This document shows, piece after piece, positions 1 to 12,765 of a stretch of 64,000 bases of DNA; within the stretch, counting starts at the first letter, position 1; each line of letters begins with the position of its first letter. The stretch lies in NCBI RefSeq assembly GCF_006345805.1, contig NC_043000.1:55304001-55368000 (forward strand), in the 5' to 3' direction. Below the pieces are notes generated by a model. The model saw nothing but the letters and a program-made list of their open reading frames with translations, was not told the origin of the DNA and did not search any database. Source of the DNA: Octopus sinensis (taxonomy: Eukaryota). Made by a program: the position numbers and the translations under genes.

Positions 1-905
1 GTCGAGTTTTTCGCATAGCTCTATCTAGTATGTTCCAAATATTTTCCATCGGGTTCATGTCAGGAGTTTGGCTCGTCCTTCGAAGCTTTTTAATCCCATT
101 TCGATGCATTTCGATGTATTCTTCAGAGTTTATGGTTCCAACACATCCGATCAGCTCAGAACGACCATTGCTGGTGACAGCTCCCCATTCCATTACAGAG
201 ATACCCCCTTTTCACACAGTTGGCTGGAGTCGTTTCAAATCAAATTTTTGATTGGGAAGCCTCCAGACCCAAACACGTCCACTGTCTGAAAATAATGCAA
301 ATCTGGATTCATCTGAGAACATCACTCTATCCCAAAATGAAATGGAGTTTTCTGACATCGCCATAGGCAGTTTCTTTCTTTTCATGCTATTAATTGGTTG
401 AAGGAGAGATTTTCTTCTAGCTGCTCAGCCATAATACCCAAACCCTATGCGGATATGCAACACACGCTCTTGGACTAACTTTTAGCTGTTTTGCAATATC
501 AAAAGCCTTCGAACGGGGTTCGTTTTCCACCATTCTCTTCAAACAGCGAAACTTCCTTTCCGAGGGCCCAGGTTTGCCGGAACAAGAATCTGTTGATTCT
601 TTTCCTTGGCATTTGAATTGTACTATAATTCTATTAGCAAGAAGAATTTGAAGATGTTCGGCAATTTTTCGTTGGCTAAGACCAGCCTCAGCGTGCCCAA
701 CAATACGACAACTTTGAAAATCTGACGGTTCTGTTGAAGTTTTTGTGCGTGACATGGTTACTCTTCGCAAATGTTTAATATAATGGCACCTGAAATGAAA
801 AAGAATAAATACATTGTAAATTCTACACAGTTGAAAACATATTAAGACGCTTAGCTGAGAACTTTTGAAAATTAAAGGTGTCTATTTACTTCCTGCATGT
901 CTGTG
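1..905 (-). mobile_element. Tc1-like DNA transposon, decayed transposase, runs off the left edge
   Basis: Minus strand gives an HTH N-terminus (AGLSQRKIAEHL, ORF 417-770), then [12 protein letters not shown] (first catalytic D) and TPDMNPMENIW (SPDLNPIEN.W, catalytic E). The segment carrying the second D is deleted. TIR-like end TA-CACAGACATGCAGGAAGTAAATAGACACC at 877-907. Confidence 0.9.
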
Positions 906-914
906 TATATATAT

Positions 915-999
915 TATAGCCTCGGGCCTACCAAAGCCTTGTGAGCGGATTTGTTAGACGGAAAGTGAAAGAAGTCCGTCAAAATATATGTGTACATTT

Positions 1000-1045
<46 letters not shown>

Positions 1046-1224
1046 TCTGTTCGTACCTTCACCATCGCTTGACAACTGATGTTGGTGTGTTTACTTTCCC
1101 GTTACCTACCGATAGAATAAGAACTAAGTTTACAAAGCAGAACTCCTGGGTTCGATTTGTTGACTAAAGGAGGTATTCCAGCATGACCCGCAGTCAAATG
1201 ACTGAAAAAAGTAAAAGAATAAAA
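915..1224 (+). mobile_element. SINE family A, 5'-truncated copy with internal (TG)n(GA)n microsatellite
   Basis: Matches the full copy at 45446-45909 from TAGCCTCGGGCC to the tail CAGTCAAATGACTGAAA..AAGTAAAAGA. Confidence 0.85.
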
Positions 1225-1241
1225 CACTATACCATTTTAAT

Positions 1242-1269
1242 CCCCAGCAACGCCGGGTATCTCTGCTAG
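1242..1269 (+). mobile_element. Orphan Helitron 3' terminus (hairpin plus CTAG)
   Basis: CCCCAGCAACGCCGGG-TATCTCTG-CTAG|T, nearly the same as the 3' ends of the Helitrons at 31689 and 45930. Confidence 0.6.
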
Positions 1270-2074
1270 TATAAACATTTGAATAAAGATGTGCATAAAT
1301 AGCAAGACGATAATAGGTTAAGTTTAGATTATTTAAAAGTAGAGATACATTTATGTTATCAGTAATCTAACTTGTCAGTTACAAATCTAGTATTTCTACA
1401 GGTAGGATGTTTCCTGTAGAAGCATTTTTCGAAATTTGTATTCATTACTTCAAAATACACTACCTTTAGCATTTATCATGCTCTTGATAAATATCTAATG
1501 CTATACCCCATTATCTCGGACATTTCAATCTCATTAAGACTAGTTTTCCAAACTGGTTATTATGAAATATTAATTGCGCTAAATCGGAGTGTATTATGGT
1601 CTTAGTTAACTTCATACTAGTTTTAGTAAATATATTCTGTATAACAGAATAATTTTTCTTACAACGTCTGTTCTTGTCAAGTTAGAATAGAGACTGTCTG
1701 TAGGCCATTGAACTAAACATAGCTGTATTTCGAATATATATTTAGTCTAAGTTATTCTGTGTTTTTGATATGTACAAATCGGCAAGCTGGCAGAGTTGTT
1801 AACACACCGGAAAAATACTTACCACTATTTATTCCCCGTATAAATCATGAGTTCGAAATTCCGTCGAGTTTTACTTTGCTTTTCACTATTTCGGGGTCGT
1901 TAAAGAAAGTATATCCAGTACGTGGATCGATAAAATCAACTAACTCATTTAACCAAAATGTCAGGCCTTATGCCCAGGGTGGAAAAGGATATATATAGAA
2001 TAAGTAGAATATGCTGCAGGAGTCCATGAAATTCAGTATGTTACATTATTCATCATCCCTTTCATGCAATATAG

Positions 2075-2118
2075 TCCCTTCCAAGCTATAAATACACCTT
2101 ATGCCATTGTTTAGGACG
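2075..2118 (+). CDS. Possible upstream exon of the unidentified + strand gene (phase 0 to 2; SLPSYKYTLCHCLGR)
   Basis: Acceptor ccctttcatgcaatatag and donor CG|GTGAGT. The end phase matches the start of the 16459 exon. It is short, so chance is not excluded. Confidence 0.3.
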
Positions 2119-2748
2119 GTGAGTTATATATAAAAAAAAGATAAACGGAAATAGTTATAATCTATATTTCGGTAAATCCGCTGTCATCCATGAATGTTCT
2201 CCTTCTTTGGTTATTTCATGTTACTGCGAACGTGGCTTTGTTCAAGTGGGACCAAGTTTCTGATGCTTTCAGAATGATGAACCGACAAAGCTTTCATAAT
2301 ATAATTTAAACATATCTAGTTGTTTTTCTTCCACTAAACTGAAACATATAATGAGGTGTAGATAATTGCATATACATGGGTGAAAGTGTTTCAGTATATC
2401 CAACATTTTTCCTAATTCAGTACTGTTCGCTGGTGTGTGTAAGTCATAATAAAGAACTTGAATGTATTCTATAATCAAACTTTGTTTCAAGAAAGTTGTA
2501 CATCAGGAAGTCAAATATCAGTAAAACCCGGTTCAAATATTTTTTTGTATTTAAGTTTGTCTTATTTTTGTATTTTTCTTATTTTGTAGTCTACCGTACA
2601 TTTGGCATACATTTGTATAAACACACGGCACACCTGCGCGATGTAACGTACGTGTAGAAATAAATGGCTCAAAAATGTTAAGCCATTGTTCGTCTTTGTT
2701 ATCACAGTGGCGATGGCGATTGTAACCCCGCTCCCCTAGATTTCTACA

Positions 2749-2788
<40 letters not shown>

Positions 2789-2789
2789 G

Positions 2790-2847
<58 letters not shown>

Positions 2848-3137
2848 AGAAACAAATCCGTAATAATTGAAATAATTGTGTACTGAGAAAGAAATATTGC
2901 AATAACGCACATCGATGTCCGCGAGAACTGTTATAATACATAAGAGTTCACAGCAAGAAGCCGTCATAAAATATTAGAGTTCAAATTCTCAATAAAACAA
3001 AAGGGTGGCCTCTTCTCTTTATCTTCTTGCGTTTTTGTTTACTATTTATGTCGTTTGCAGTAGTAGAACAGTTGGAAAAACCGTTGTTGGTGATTCTTAT
3101 CTATTTTCAATTTTTGTGGCATAGGAGCCGTCAAAAG

Positions 3138-4005
3138 AGTTATGGTTGAAGCACACATGAAAATGAGAAGCTACTGATTACCAGACTTAGTCTTAGGTAA
3201 CGGTCAAACACATTCAATAATAACCCGACTGAATGGTATTCAAACAATTTGGCATGCATTGCAGGTTTTACAATCTTCAGCCACACCTTGTCTCAAACTA
3301 GGCCAAAAAGAAATGTGCCAAAATTTTCACACAAGTTTTATTCATACCTAAATGATTGACTATGGGACTTTAATGTGCGAATGAAAGTACATGACGTCGA
3401 AACAATTTTGGTACCACAATTTGATGGTACATTTTCCATACATTAACCGCAGAAATATCCGGTGGCTTAAATTTCCTCATCATAACACTATCTCTAAAGT
3501 AGTAGCAATCTGGAACTTTGTTAACCCCCTCAAAAGAAGTAGCCTTATTAGCTAACTTCTGCAACTGAGTACAAACAAGTTGCCCTCTACAAAGAATGGG
3601 ATTGCCACTTGACTCACCATCAGATCTATCAAGAAGATCTGAAGAGTTACTACCCTTTGGAGATAAGTGATCAGCCTCTACCTTACAAAAATTAAAATGA
3701 TCTATGAAAGTTCCTGACAAATCACAAATGGAATCATTCGGCAAAGAAGGCTTGGAAAATATATCTTTCGATATTGAACGAATCACTGCACAAGAAGTAT
3801 AAATACCGGGACTATCCTCCTCCAACGTTTCTGTAATAACTGAACTCTGTAGAGAAACAATATAAATTGCATCGGTACCTTGTACCCCATATAATCATTT
3901 CCAATCAACAAATTCACACTGGGAACTGGGGGGAATCAAGAACACCTACTTTCACCTCACCAGAAATTAAATCTGAAGTTAAATTCACGAAATGGAGAGG
4001 AGCAG
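3138..4005 (-). mobile_element. Gypsy-superfamily LTR retrotransposon fragment, Gmr1-type order (protease directly followed by integrase)
   Basis: Minus strand reads APLHFVNLTSDLISGEVKVGVLDS..VNLLIGND (protease end), CAVIRS, YYFRDSVMMRKFKP, QIVVPKLFRRHVLSFAH..HLGMNKT..CKTCNACQ (HHCC zinc finger) and PFSRVII..PLPKTKSGNQ (integrase core start). No RT or RNase H lies between them. Confidence 0.85.
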
Positions 4006-5245
4006 AAAAATTGCTGTAGGTAATTCTTATCTATTTTGCAGCTTTTGGTAGCATAAAGAGGTTAAAAGTGTCAAGTGCAATCGACTTGCAGGTCATGTGT
4101 TGAGTGTCACTGATGTCGCAACTATTGTATTTTCCATGAGAAAACACCGTTCTAACCTTAAGGGGAATTCTATAGATTCAGGTTTGAACCTATATGTCCA
4201 AGCAAAATCCACTAGTTTATTTTTTTGCCCCGAATGTGTAGAAAGTTATCGCTCGTTGGTCGCGTGCAATATGCTTATAATAATCACATTTGTTCGACTT
4301 TGAAACTGAAGGTTGATATATTATTTACATCAAATTATATTAAACATCTTATCTCAAAGCGGATCATAATAAATTCATCAATTTTAACATACCATATGAA
4401 GTTGCAAATACTTTGCATTAAAATTAGTAAGAACGTTAATCTAACATAAGCTGTGACATTTACTTAATGATCAGTGTATGATGATTCCTCACAGTGCATA
4501 TATGATATCTATGATTCTGCTGATAAATATTTTATGAATGCAGATATAGGAGTAAGAGATCAACATAAGGGGACGCTTGAACATGGCAACGTAAAGTACA
4601 AAGCTTAACAAGTGAAAATGTTTTTACGAATTTCTACCATTTTTTAGATTTCACTAAACAATTACCGTGTTAATGAAATTCGTTAACTTTTTTTTTTTTT
4701 GAAACAGAAACGTAGGTTGGATTTATTAACTTTATGCAATATTTGTAATTTCCCGTCAACCATTCAAATGATCATTCATTAATTTGTGATTAATTTAGTT
4801 ATATTTCAGTTTGTAGTAATTGGGAATGAAAGAGCTAGTAGTTAAAATATTTCATAAATAACCATTTTCTATTTTCTGGTTGAATCTATTTAGATCATAA
4901 TCTAATTTTTCAAAATCACTTCATTTCGCAGTATTTCTTTTTTTCTGTTTTGCTTCATGATTTATTTCATTCGTTTCCTCATTTTCTGCAAGACTAAACC
5001 ACTTGAGCAATTGTTGAAATTACTGCATAGCTATTTTTTCTATGGTATATGGGGAGTTCATTCCACATGATTATTAAGTTTCGTCTAAGTTTTCAACATT
5101 TCCTTCCGAGTAAGTATCTTTGCATCGAAATTAAATACTAAAAACACATTCCGTTCCAATGCAATACAAATTAAGACTTGCGTAAATTGTTTTAAACTTG
5201 AAATGAATATTGATTTAAAATAAGATTTCATCCCATAAGAAATTA

Positions 5246-5552
5246 ATAATATCAAATGCATTTCGCTTATGATGTGCTTAAAAAATATATCTTTAAACGG
5301 TATTCAGTATATGACATTCTTTATAATTCGGCTCATAAGTTCTCATTGCCCTTCGAGACTTAATTATAATAAATCCCGAAAAGAAATATTTAACAGAATA
5401 ACTGTTAAATATTTCTTTTCGGGATTTATTATAATTAAGTCTCGAAGGGCAATGAGAACTTATGAGCCGAATTATAAAGAATGTCATATACTGAATACCG
5501 TTTAAAGATATATTTTTTAAGCACATCATAAGCGAAATGCATTTGATATTAT
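5246..5552. repeat. Perfect palindrome, 151-bp arms, 5-nt spacer
   Basis: 5246-5396 is the exact reverse complement of 5402-5552, with spacer AATAA. The + and - ORF translations are identical except at the centre. Confidence 0.97.
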
Positions 5553-6169
5553 GATACAATTCATTTGAGTTTACTAGTTTAAAGCGCCTTATTATAATCA
5601 ACCAAAGACATTTATGATATTATTATTACGATATTCATCTCAGGAATGTATCATTTATGTTTTAAAGTCTAAACAAGTATGTTAAAATAATTATTTGTTC
5701 AATCCTATTTGTATGGTAATGATTAAAGAAGGTCATATTTATATGAATCATGGTATTTTATCGAATATTTTCGAATGTGAGGTATTTTCATAAAAGTAAA
5801 TTATGCTATGATATTTTCAAATCTTGTTTTCGTTTAACTTTGCCGAATAGATTGTTTTTATAAGACAAGCTTATTTGATATATAATACCAAAACTATGTT
5901 ACGCTGAATTTATTTCTTTCAATAGTATTTTTATATGATCTTATAATTTAAACGGATTTTCCATAAATAAGAATATCATCGTTAATCCGTTGGTGTGAAC
6001 ACACAAAACCTATATTTAGATAACTTAAAACCTACTCTACCCCCACAGTTGCAAGATGTGCATGTTCAAGATATAATGTATTTTGTTCATCGCTAAAATG
6101 TTCGGATATTTTGTTGAATAACTTCTACATTTCTCATTAGCACAAATTATATACATCGTTTACCATCAC

Positions 6170-6432
6170 GTCATCACGTGAGCAACCACATTATTAGATT
6201 TTGTTACACATCACTTGTCACAGTGCACTTTGTATCCTTTCAGCCTTTGGATGCCGCCACCCCGCTGGCTATGTGAGCGGGCTAACATTCCCCACTGACC
6301 GAAAGGGAGTCTGGAGCAACGTGGAATGAACTGTTCTGCTGAAGAGCACAACACACCACCCGGTCTGGGAATCGAACCCACGACCTAGCGATCGTGATTG
6401 CAGCATCCTGCCCACTAGGTCACGCGTATCCA
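6170..6432 (-). mobile_element. tRNA-derived SINE with CORE-like central segment
   Basis: Minus strand has an A box (TGACCTAGTGG), a B box (GGTTCGATTCC), then a decayed GTGCTCTTCAGCAGAACAG..TTGCTCCAG CORE-like segment. Confidence 0.75.
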
Positions 6433-7121
6433 ATGCATGAAACTATTAGTAGCTGTGTACATTAAATCATATTTACTACTCAATGGATGGAGGGCATATT
6501 TTCTTGATCTCACCTTAACGAATAGGAAGTTCAAGGAAGTTGTACCTCCGATCAAAGCCGAACTTCAGTAAATACAACACAGTTACCCTTCCCACAGCGA
6601 AGTCAACCAGGCAGAACGACAAACTTGACCACCGGAAAAACAAGACGTCACCTGTAATTTAACGAATCATAGCGGAAAGAAATTATAAACACACCGGATT
6701 CCAAAACACATTGTTACAAACGAAAGTTCCTCCACACGACGGAAAGATAATCATAGAAATTTTAAACCAAATCTCTTTTCTACTATTTTCATTTCTCCCT
6801 TGTTTTTCTCCCTCTTAACACAGTATGACTGAAATTTTGATTTTATTTATTTCTTGTCGATCACTACTAACACTAACGAACTATGTACATTTAAAACAGT
6901 TGATGCACAGTTTTTATATTATTGATTATGAACATTTAAACTTGTCAACATTGAAAGATGTTTTTCTAATTCATAATTCTAATTTTTTACCATTGCTAAA
7001 CAAAATATATTGTTGAAGCTAGTTTGATATACATGTAAATAATTTATTTTTAACAAGTACAAGTTTTTCAAATTTAGATGTATTTTGAATAACAAGATAT
7101 ATATACAAGCATGTATGTATG

Positions 7122-7159
<38 letters not shown>

Positions 7160-7211
7160 GGTATACACACACACACACACACACAAACATATATATATAT
7201 ATATATATATA

Positions 7212-7458
7212 GGTGCAGGCTTGACTATGTGGTAAACACCTTGCTTCTCAAACATATGATTGGAGTTCAGTCCGACAGCGTGGCACTAATCAATTGTGTC
7301 CTACTATAGGCACGGGCTGACCAAAATTTCATAAGTTGATTTGGAAGACGGAAACTGAAAAAAGGCCGTCGTCTGTATATACATGCATATATCTGTGTCT
7401 GTGTTTGCCCTCCACCACTGCTTGACAACCGGTGTTGGCGTATTTATGTCTCAGTTTA
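7212..7458 (+). mobile_element. SINE family A, diverged 5' half
   Basis: The head GCAGG..TGTGGTAA..CTTGCTT and body AGACGGAAACTGAAA, GCTTGACAACCG align to 45446-45760. It ends abruptly at the RTE junction. Confidence 0.75.
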
Positions 7459-7484
7459 TGACTTTGCTGACGACTGTGACTGAC

Positions 7485-8247
7485 TGACTTTGCTGACGAC
7501 ATCACTCTTATCAGTGATTCTCTCTCCAATGCTCAGTCTCTTTTACAATTTCTCGAACAAGCCTCAAATTGTGTAGGTCTTTACCTCAATGAGGCCAAGA
7601 CTGAATATATAAACAATTGCCTGCCCAACAGTGATTGCATCATCCATACTCTCAACAATGCGGCCTTAAATATGGTTTCTGATTACAAATATCTTGGGTC
7701 ATACATATCATCATCTGGAAAAGATTTTCTAACTAGAAAGGGTATGGCCTGGTCAGCCTGTAATGACATGCATAAGATCTGGTCATCAAATCTAAGTAGA
7801 GACTTGAAATCTTCAAAGCCACAGTCGAACCAATTCTACTTTATGGCTCAGAAATCTGGACGTTATCAAAGAAGCTTGAGAGGCGGTTGGATGGAACTTA
7901 CACTCGCCTCCTTATGAGAACTCAAAATCTCTCGTGGAAGCGCCATCCAACCAAAATGCAAATATATGGGAAACTACCACCTGTGTCATCTCTTGTGAAG
8001 GGTAGGAGAGTCCAGTGTGCTGGACATTGTTGTAGAGATGAAAAAGAGGTAATTTCTACTCTTCTCCTCTGGAAGCCATCTACTCGCAATACCAGAGGGC
8101 GCACACTCTCCTACCCTGATGTAATCTCCAGGGATACAGGTATCCAGCAACAGGACCCCCGTAATGCCATGATGGACCGTGAAGTCTGGCGTAGCATGGT
8201 AAATTCCATTGTCTCGACGACGGTCGAACATTGATGATGATGATGAT
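7485..8247 (+). mobile_element. RTE-clade LINE, 5'-truncated 3' end with (GAT)n tail
   Basis: Reads DFADDITLISDSLSNAQSLL..GLYLNEAKTEY..YKYLGSYI..AWSACNDMHKIW, then (frameshift) LDGTYTRLLMR..RVQCAGHC..PRNAMMDREVWR, followed by (GAT)5. Confidence 0.92.
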
Positions 8248-8276
8248 ATGACAAGTAGAATAACTACTAGGTTTAA

Positions 8277-8329
<53 letters not shown>

Positions 8330-8941
8330 ATATACATATGTCATATGATCATGTTTGTGTGTGTGTATTTTCGTGTACAGCAAACAAAAATGGCGTTTAC
8401 ACATTACGACAGCTGTATCAGTAGAAATGTGTTTAATGCAGTCTTAAAAGATTACATAATGTAATGCTATTCACTCTCATTGGGTAAAACCTTAAACATG
8501 TAAGATTTTAAACATTGATATTACCTGTTTGAAATTTTACCTAGTGATGGTGGATTGCAAATTATGAGGTAAACGCTATTTGCGTTAACTTTTTGTATGT
8601 ACACTCAAATAACCCATCCCTGAGTTGGATCTATGATTATAAACTGTATTTAATATTTGCATATCAATGGTATGCTAACAATACTTGAAGTATTCAATGT
8701 TGTTTATTTAACCGTGAGCTCTATGTCATCGTACCTAGCCGTTCTAGGGTCCTACGGATTGACAGGCTTGAATCTTAAGGATCCCTGTAACGAATTCATA
8801 TAAATATAGATTGAGAGATATAAAATTCACAACTGCATAGATACATATATTATATATGCACACATACACAAACCCACATAAACACACGCACACGCATACT
8901 CACACATACACACGCAGGCACACACATACATATATGAATGC

Positions 8942-9006
<65 letters not shown>

Positions 9007-9149
9007 GTATGTATGCAAACGCATTAAAGGAATGAAAGTATTCAGTTTATGGAAGTGTTAAACATACAGTAACTTATAATTTACAGAAGCTTATTCTCTG
9101 ACAGCAGCTAACTCAGATATCGAAAAATAATAGTGGCGATGACGATGGC

Positions 9150-9822
9150 GAAGAACGTTACCTCACCTCAGTTTATGAGAAACAGGAGTTTACAAATAGC
9201 TCTGGTTGTAAGAGTGAAAATGAAGTTGGATCTTTAAGAGAAGGCCTTTCGCTCGGGAGTGGATCGATCGGTAAAGATGCAGACTGACCACAGCTGTCAT
9301 CCTAATACACCATCAGTAGATAATAGAGCAACAAAGACGAAGTGAACCAGCGAAGAATACAGGATGATGATAAGGTGCTACTTAGAAAGTGTACCTAAAA
9401 GAAAACGGATGTTAATACTTTGGGTATTAAGTGAAGAATGTGAATAACAGAATTAGAGGTAGAATAAATAACAAGAGTACTGGAAAAGAAAGACCAAAGT
9501 GGGAAAAACAAACAACTTAAGAGATACATTTGAAGCTAATGAAGACCCTAAAGGAAAAAATAATAATAGCGCTACCAATAAGAAAGAGACAACTGGCAAC
9601 AACAACTTAAGTGATTTAAGTGAGGAAGATCAGAAGATTTTAGATGAATTGCAGAAGGTAACGAGTAAAGAGGTAAGAAGAAGATTGCCAGCGTTAAAAG
9701 ACATCAACAGGAGGAAGCTACAGGAAATGACTAGGGAAGCAGATTCAGTTATCAGTACGATAAATACTAAAAGTGTAGATGACATTATGTTGAGCTATGC
9801 AGGAGGCGTAGCAGTCACCAGA

Positions 9823-9857
<35 letters not shown>

Positions 9858-12129
9858 CAGTGAAAGATTAGAAAAGAGCAAATGTAGAAAAGGTGACTAC
9901 AAAATAAAGTGAAGACTTTAAGACAAGATCTGAGTGGAATAGAAGACTGGAAAACAAACAAATTAGGAAATACAAGATGCAAATCTTACCTCGAGGAAAG
10001 ATACTTAGTCAAAGGGAAAGGATTTCGGACAATAATAGAAGAGTTGTAACAGTGTATCATAGCAGTAGCAGGTAAGCTATCCATATATCAGAAAAGAATA
10101 GATCAACATCAACAGAACAAATTATTTGAAAAAGACCAGAGGATAACCAAATAAATAGTGGGTGAACGACGTACGGAAGATGAGAAACCTAATGCAGAGG
10201 ATGCTAGAAAGTTCTGGAGTAATATTTGGGATAAACCAGTCAGTCATAAAGGAGATACAGTATGGTTAAAAAAGTGAGGGAAAAAGTAGTGAATGAGAAG
10301 CAACCAGATCTAAGATTAACTGGTGCATTAATGAGTAAAGTGTTAGGAAAATGCTGAATTGGAAGGGTCCAGGACCAGATTTAGTTCAAGGGTACTGGCC
10401 CAAGAAATTCAGCAGTTTACATGCGAGACTGAGGGAAAAACTTCAGGATTGCCTTCATGAAGAAATAATTTTTAAAATTTGATGAAGAGAGGGAGGACAA
10501 TGCTTACTATGAATGATATGAGCAAGGGTAATACAGCTAGCAACTACAGACCAATCATTTGCCTACCATTAGTGTGGATGCTGTTAATGATTTCAGAAAG
10601 CATTTACGAGCACCTTGACACCAAGAATTTACTACCAAAAGAAAAGAAAGGTTGCAGAAAGAAGGCTAGAGGAACACATGATCTATTATATAGAAAAAGC
10701 AGTACTAAATTAAGTAAAAGCAGAAAGAAAATTCTAACAATACCATGGATAGATTATAGGAAAGCCTATGGCATGATCCCACGCTCATAGATAACTGAAT
10801 ATTTGATTATAATCAGTTGCAAACAACATAAGAGAATTAATTAACTGCAGCATGAAGAAATGGAAAGTAAACCTAAAGTCAGGTTACACACTTTTAGGAA
10901 AATTTAATAACAAAAGAGGAATTTTCCAGGAGCACGCGTTCTCCTCTTTAATATTTGTCCCACGTTGGATCCCCCCAGTTTAGTATTAAGGAAGACAAAG
11001 GCAGGGTATCAGTTCAGAAATAGTAATGGAAAAATTAACCATTTCTACTACATGGTCTGAAACTTAATGATAAGAATGAAAGGGAGATATATTCCATAAT
11101 ACAGACTGTAAACCTCATCAGCAAATATATAGGCATGGAATTCGGCATAAATAAGTATGCAGTATTAGTCATGAGAAGAGGACAGGTAGTCAACAGCGAA
11201 GGCATTCAATTACCTGATGGCCAGATATTAAAAACATTAAAGGGGGAGAGAGTTGTAATTACCTAGGAGTATTAGAATCTGACAAAGTATAGACGTCTAT
11301 ATATGTCTTACGGAAGAAAGTTTACTATAAGATGCTAGAGTCAGAACAAGACATAGGGAAACCGAAACATCAAGCGAACTTAAAGAATCATAAAAATAGC
11401 AGAAATTATCTGACTAACATTGCATGGTAGGTTCCGAAAGATAGTTTCAACAAATAGTAGTGAGACATGGTCATACCCGCAGAAGAGAAAGCTGAAGCGC
11501 GAGACAGGTTTATTAGTAGCTGCAGAAGATCAAGGATTAAGGACTAACTGGTTAAAAGCCAAAATAGATAAAAACAAAAACCAAGTAGATTCACAATGTA
11601 GATTGTGCAAAACAAAAGAGAAAAGCGTTACTCATATAGTAAGTGAATGTAGCATAATAGCACAGAAAAAGATTCAAGAAAAAACATGACAATCTAGGGA
11701 AAGCAATCCACTGAGAACTTTGTAGAAAGCTAGGATACAAAAAATGGTATGAATATGAACCTAGTAAAGAACTTAAAAGACAGAAGTAGAAGATGTAGGA
11801 CTTTAATATTCAGACTTACAGTGTAATAGAAGCTAGATGACCTAATTTAGTAAAGACAATAGCAAGTTCCAGATAACTGACAATACAATGTCAAATGATA
11901 AAACAATTAAAATGCTAAGTATAGAAAATATATCAAATTACCAGACCTAACTATTGAATTATAGATACTGTGGAAAGTGCGGGTAAATGTATCCAAATAG
12001 TTATAGATGCATTGGGAACTATCTCTAAAGATCTGAACAGATGGATAGAGGGTTCTTGGATTCTAAAGCAACTTGTTGTAGCCCAATGCTGGGATTCTTT
12101 TCTTTTCCAATAATCTAATATGTTCAGTG

Positions 12130-12130
<1 letters not shown>
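9150..12130 (+). mobile_element. R4/Dong-clade non-LTR retrotransposon (RT plus restriction-like endonuclease), near full length, decayed
   Basis: N-terminal SEEYRMMIRCYLES, KFWSNIW, NWKGPGPDLVQGYW, NYRPIICLP, WIDYRKAYG, RGIFQ, GMEFGINK, and MHGRF..LKRETGLLVAAEDQGLRTN..CRLCKTKEKSVTHIVSEC (CCHC knuckle), ALGTISKDL. Ends in an (AAT)n tail. The start coordinate is approximate. Confidence 0.9.

Positions 12131-12197
<67 letters not shown>
12131..12197. repeat. (AAT)n microsatellite
   Basis: Direct reading. Confidence 0.95.
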
Positions 12198-12762
12198 GAC
12201 AGCTTAGACTGAAAAACAAGGAAGTTGCTAACTAGATACGGATGACTTCACCCAGAACGTGGCACAGACAGACTGTATGTACCAAGAAAAAGAGGGGGAA
12301 GAGGACTTGTGGGATGCGAACACAGCATTAGAGCAGAAGAAAACAATATAGCATGGTATGTAAAAAATGTCACAGAACCGCTATTATTAGAAGTAAGATG
12401 GTCAGCCTTGTGTAGGATGAAAAATTGCAAAAATAAAGCACTATACAAGAAATTGAAAACGAATGAAACTGAAAGTAGGTGGGTCAAGAAAAGAATGCAT
12501 GGCCAGTTTCATAGAGATGTTGAAGATAAGATAGACAGTGAAAGAAGATGGCTGTGGATGACTAAAAGTGATTTAAAACAGGAAACGAAGGCTCTAATAT
12601 GTGCTGCCAAAGAGCAAGCACTAAGAACACACTACATAAAATACAGAATAGACAACACATCAAAAAGTGTTAAGTGCAGAATCTGTGGATAAAACGGTGA
12701 AACCGTATCGCATATTACCAGCCAATGTACACCACCATCTCAGAAGGAATATAAGAAGAATA
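12198..12762 (+). mobile_element. R4/Dong-clade internal fragment (copy 1 of composite unit)
   Basis: Reads DRLYVPRKRGGRGL, MHGQFHR, LKQETKALICAAKEQALRT and KCRICG..ETVSHITSQC. Confidence 0.9.
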
Positions 12763-12765
12763 ATC

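Noticed and set aside
2269-2490. Minus-strand ORF (..LVEEKQLDMFKLYYESFV..)
   Set aside because: Protein-like composition, but no recognisable motif or consistent splice partner.
5269-5601. Two nearly identical ORFs on opposite strands
   Set aside because: They are a by-product of the palindrome, with no coding evidence.
6360-6432. tRNA-like sequences here and at 45446, 50380-50445 and 50719
   Set aside because: They are SINE heads that lack complete cloverleafs and continue into SINE bodies, so they are not tRNA genes.
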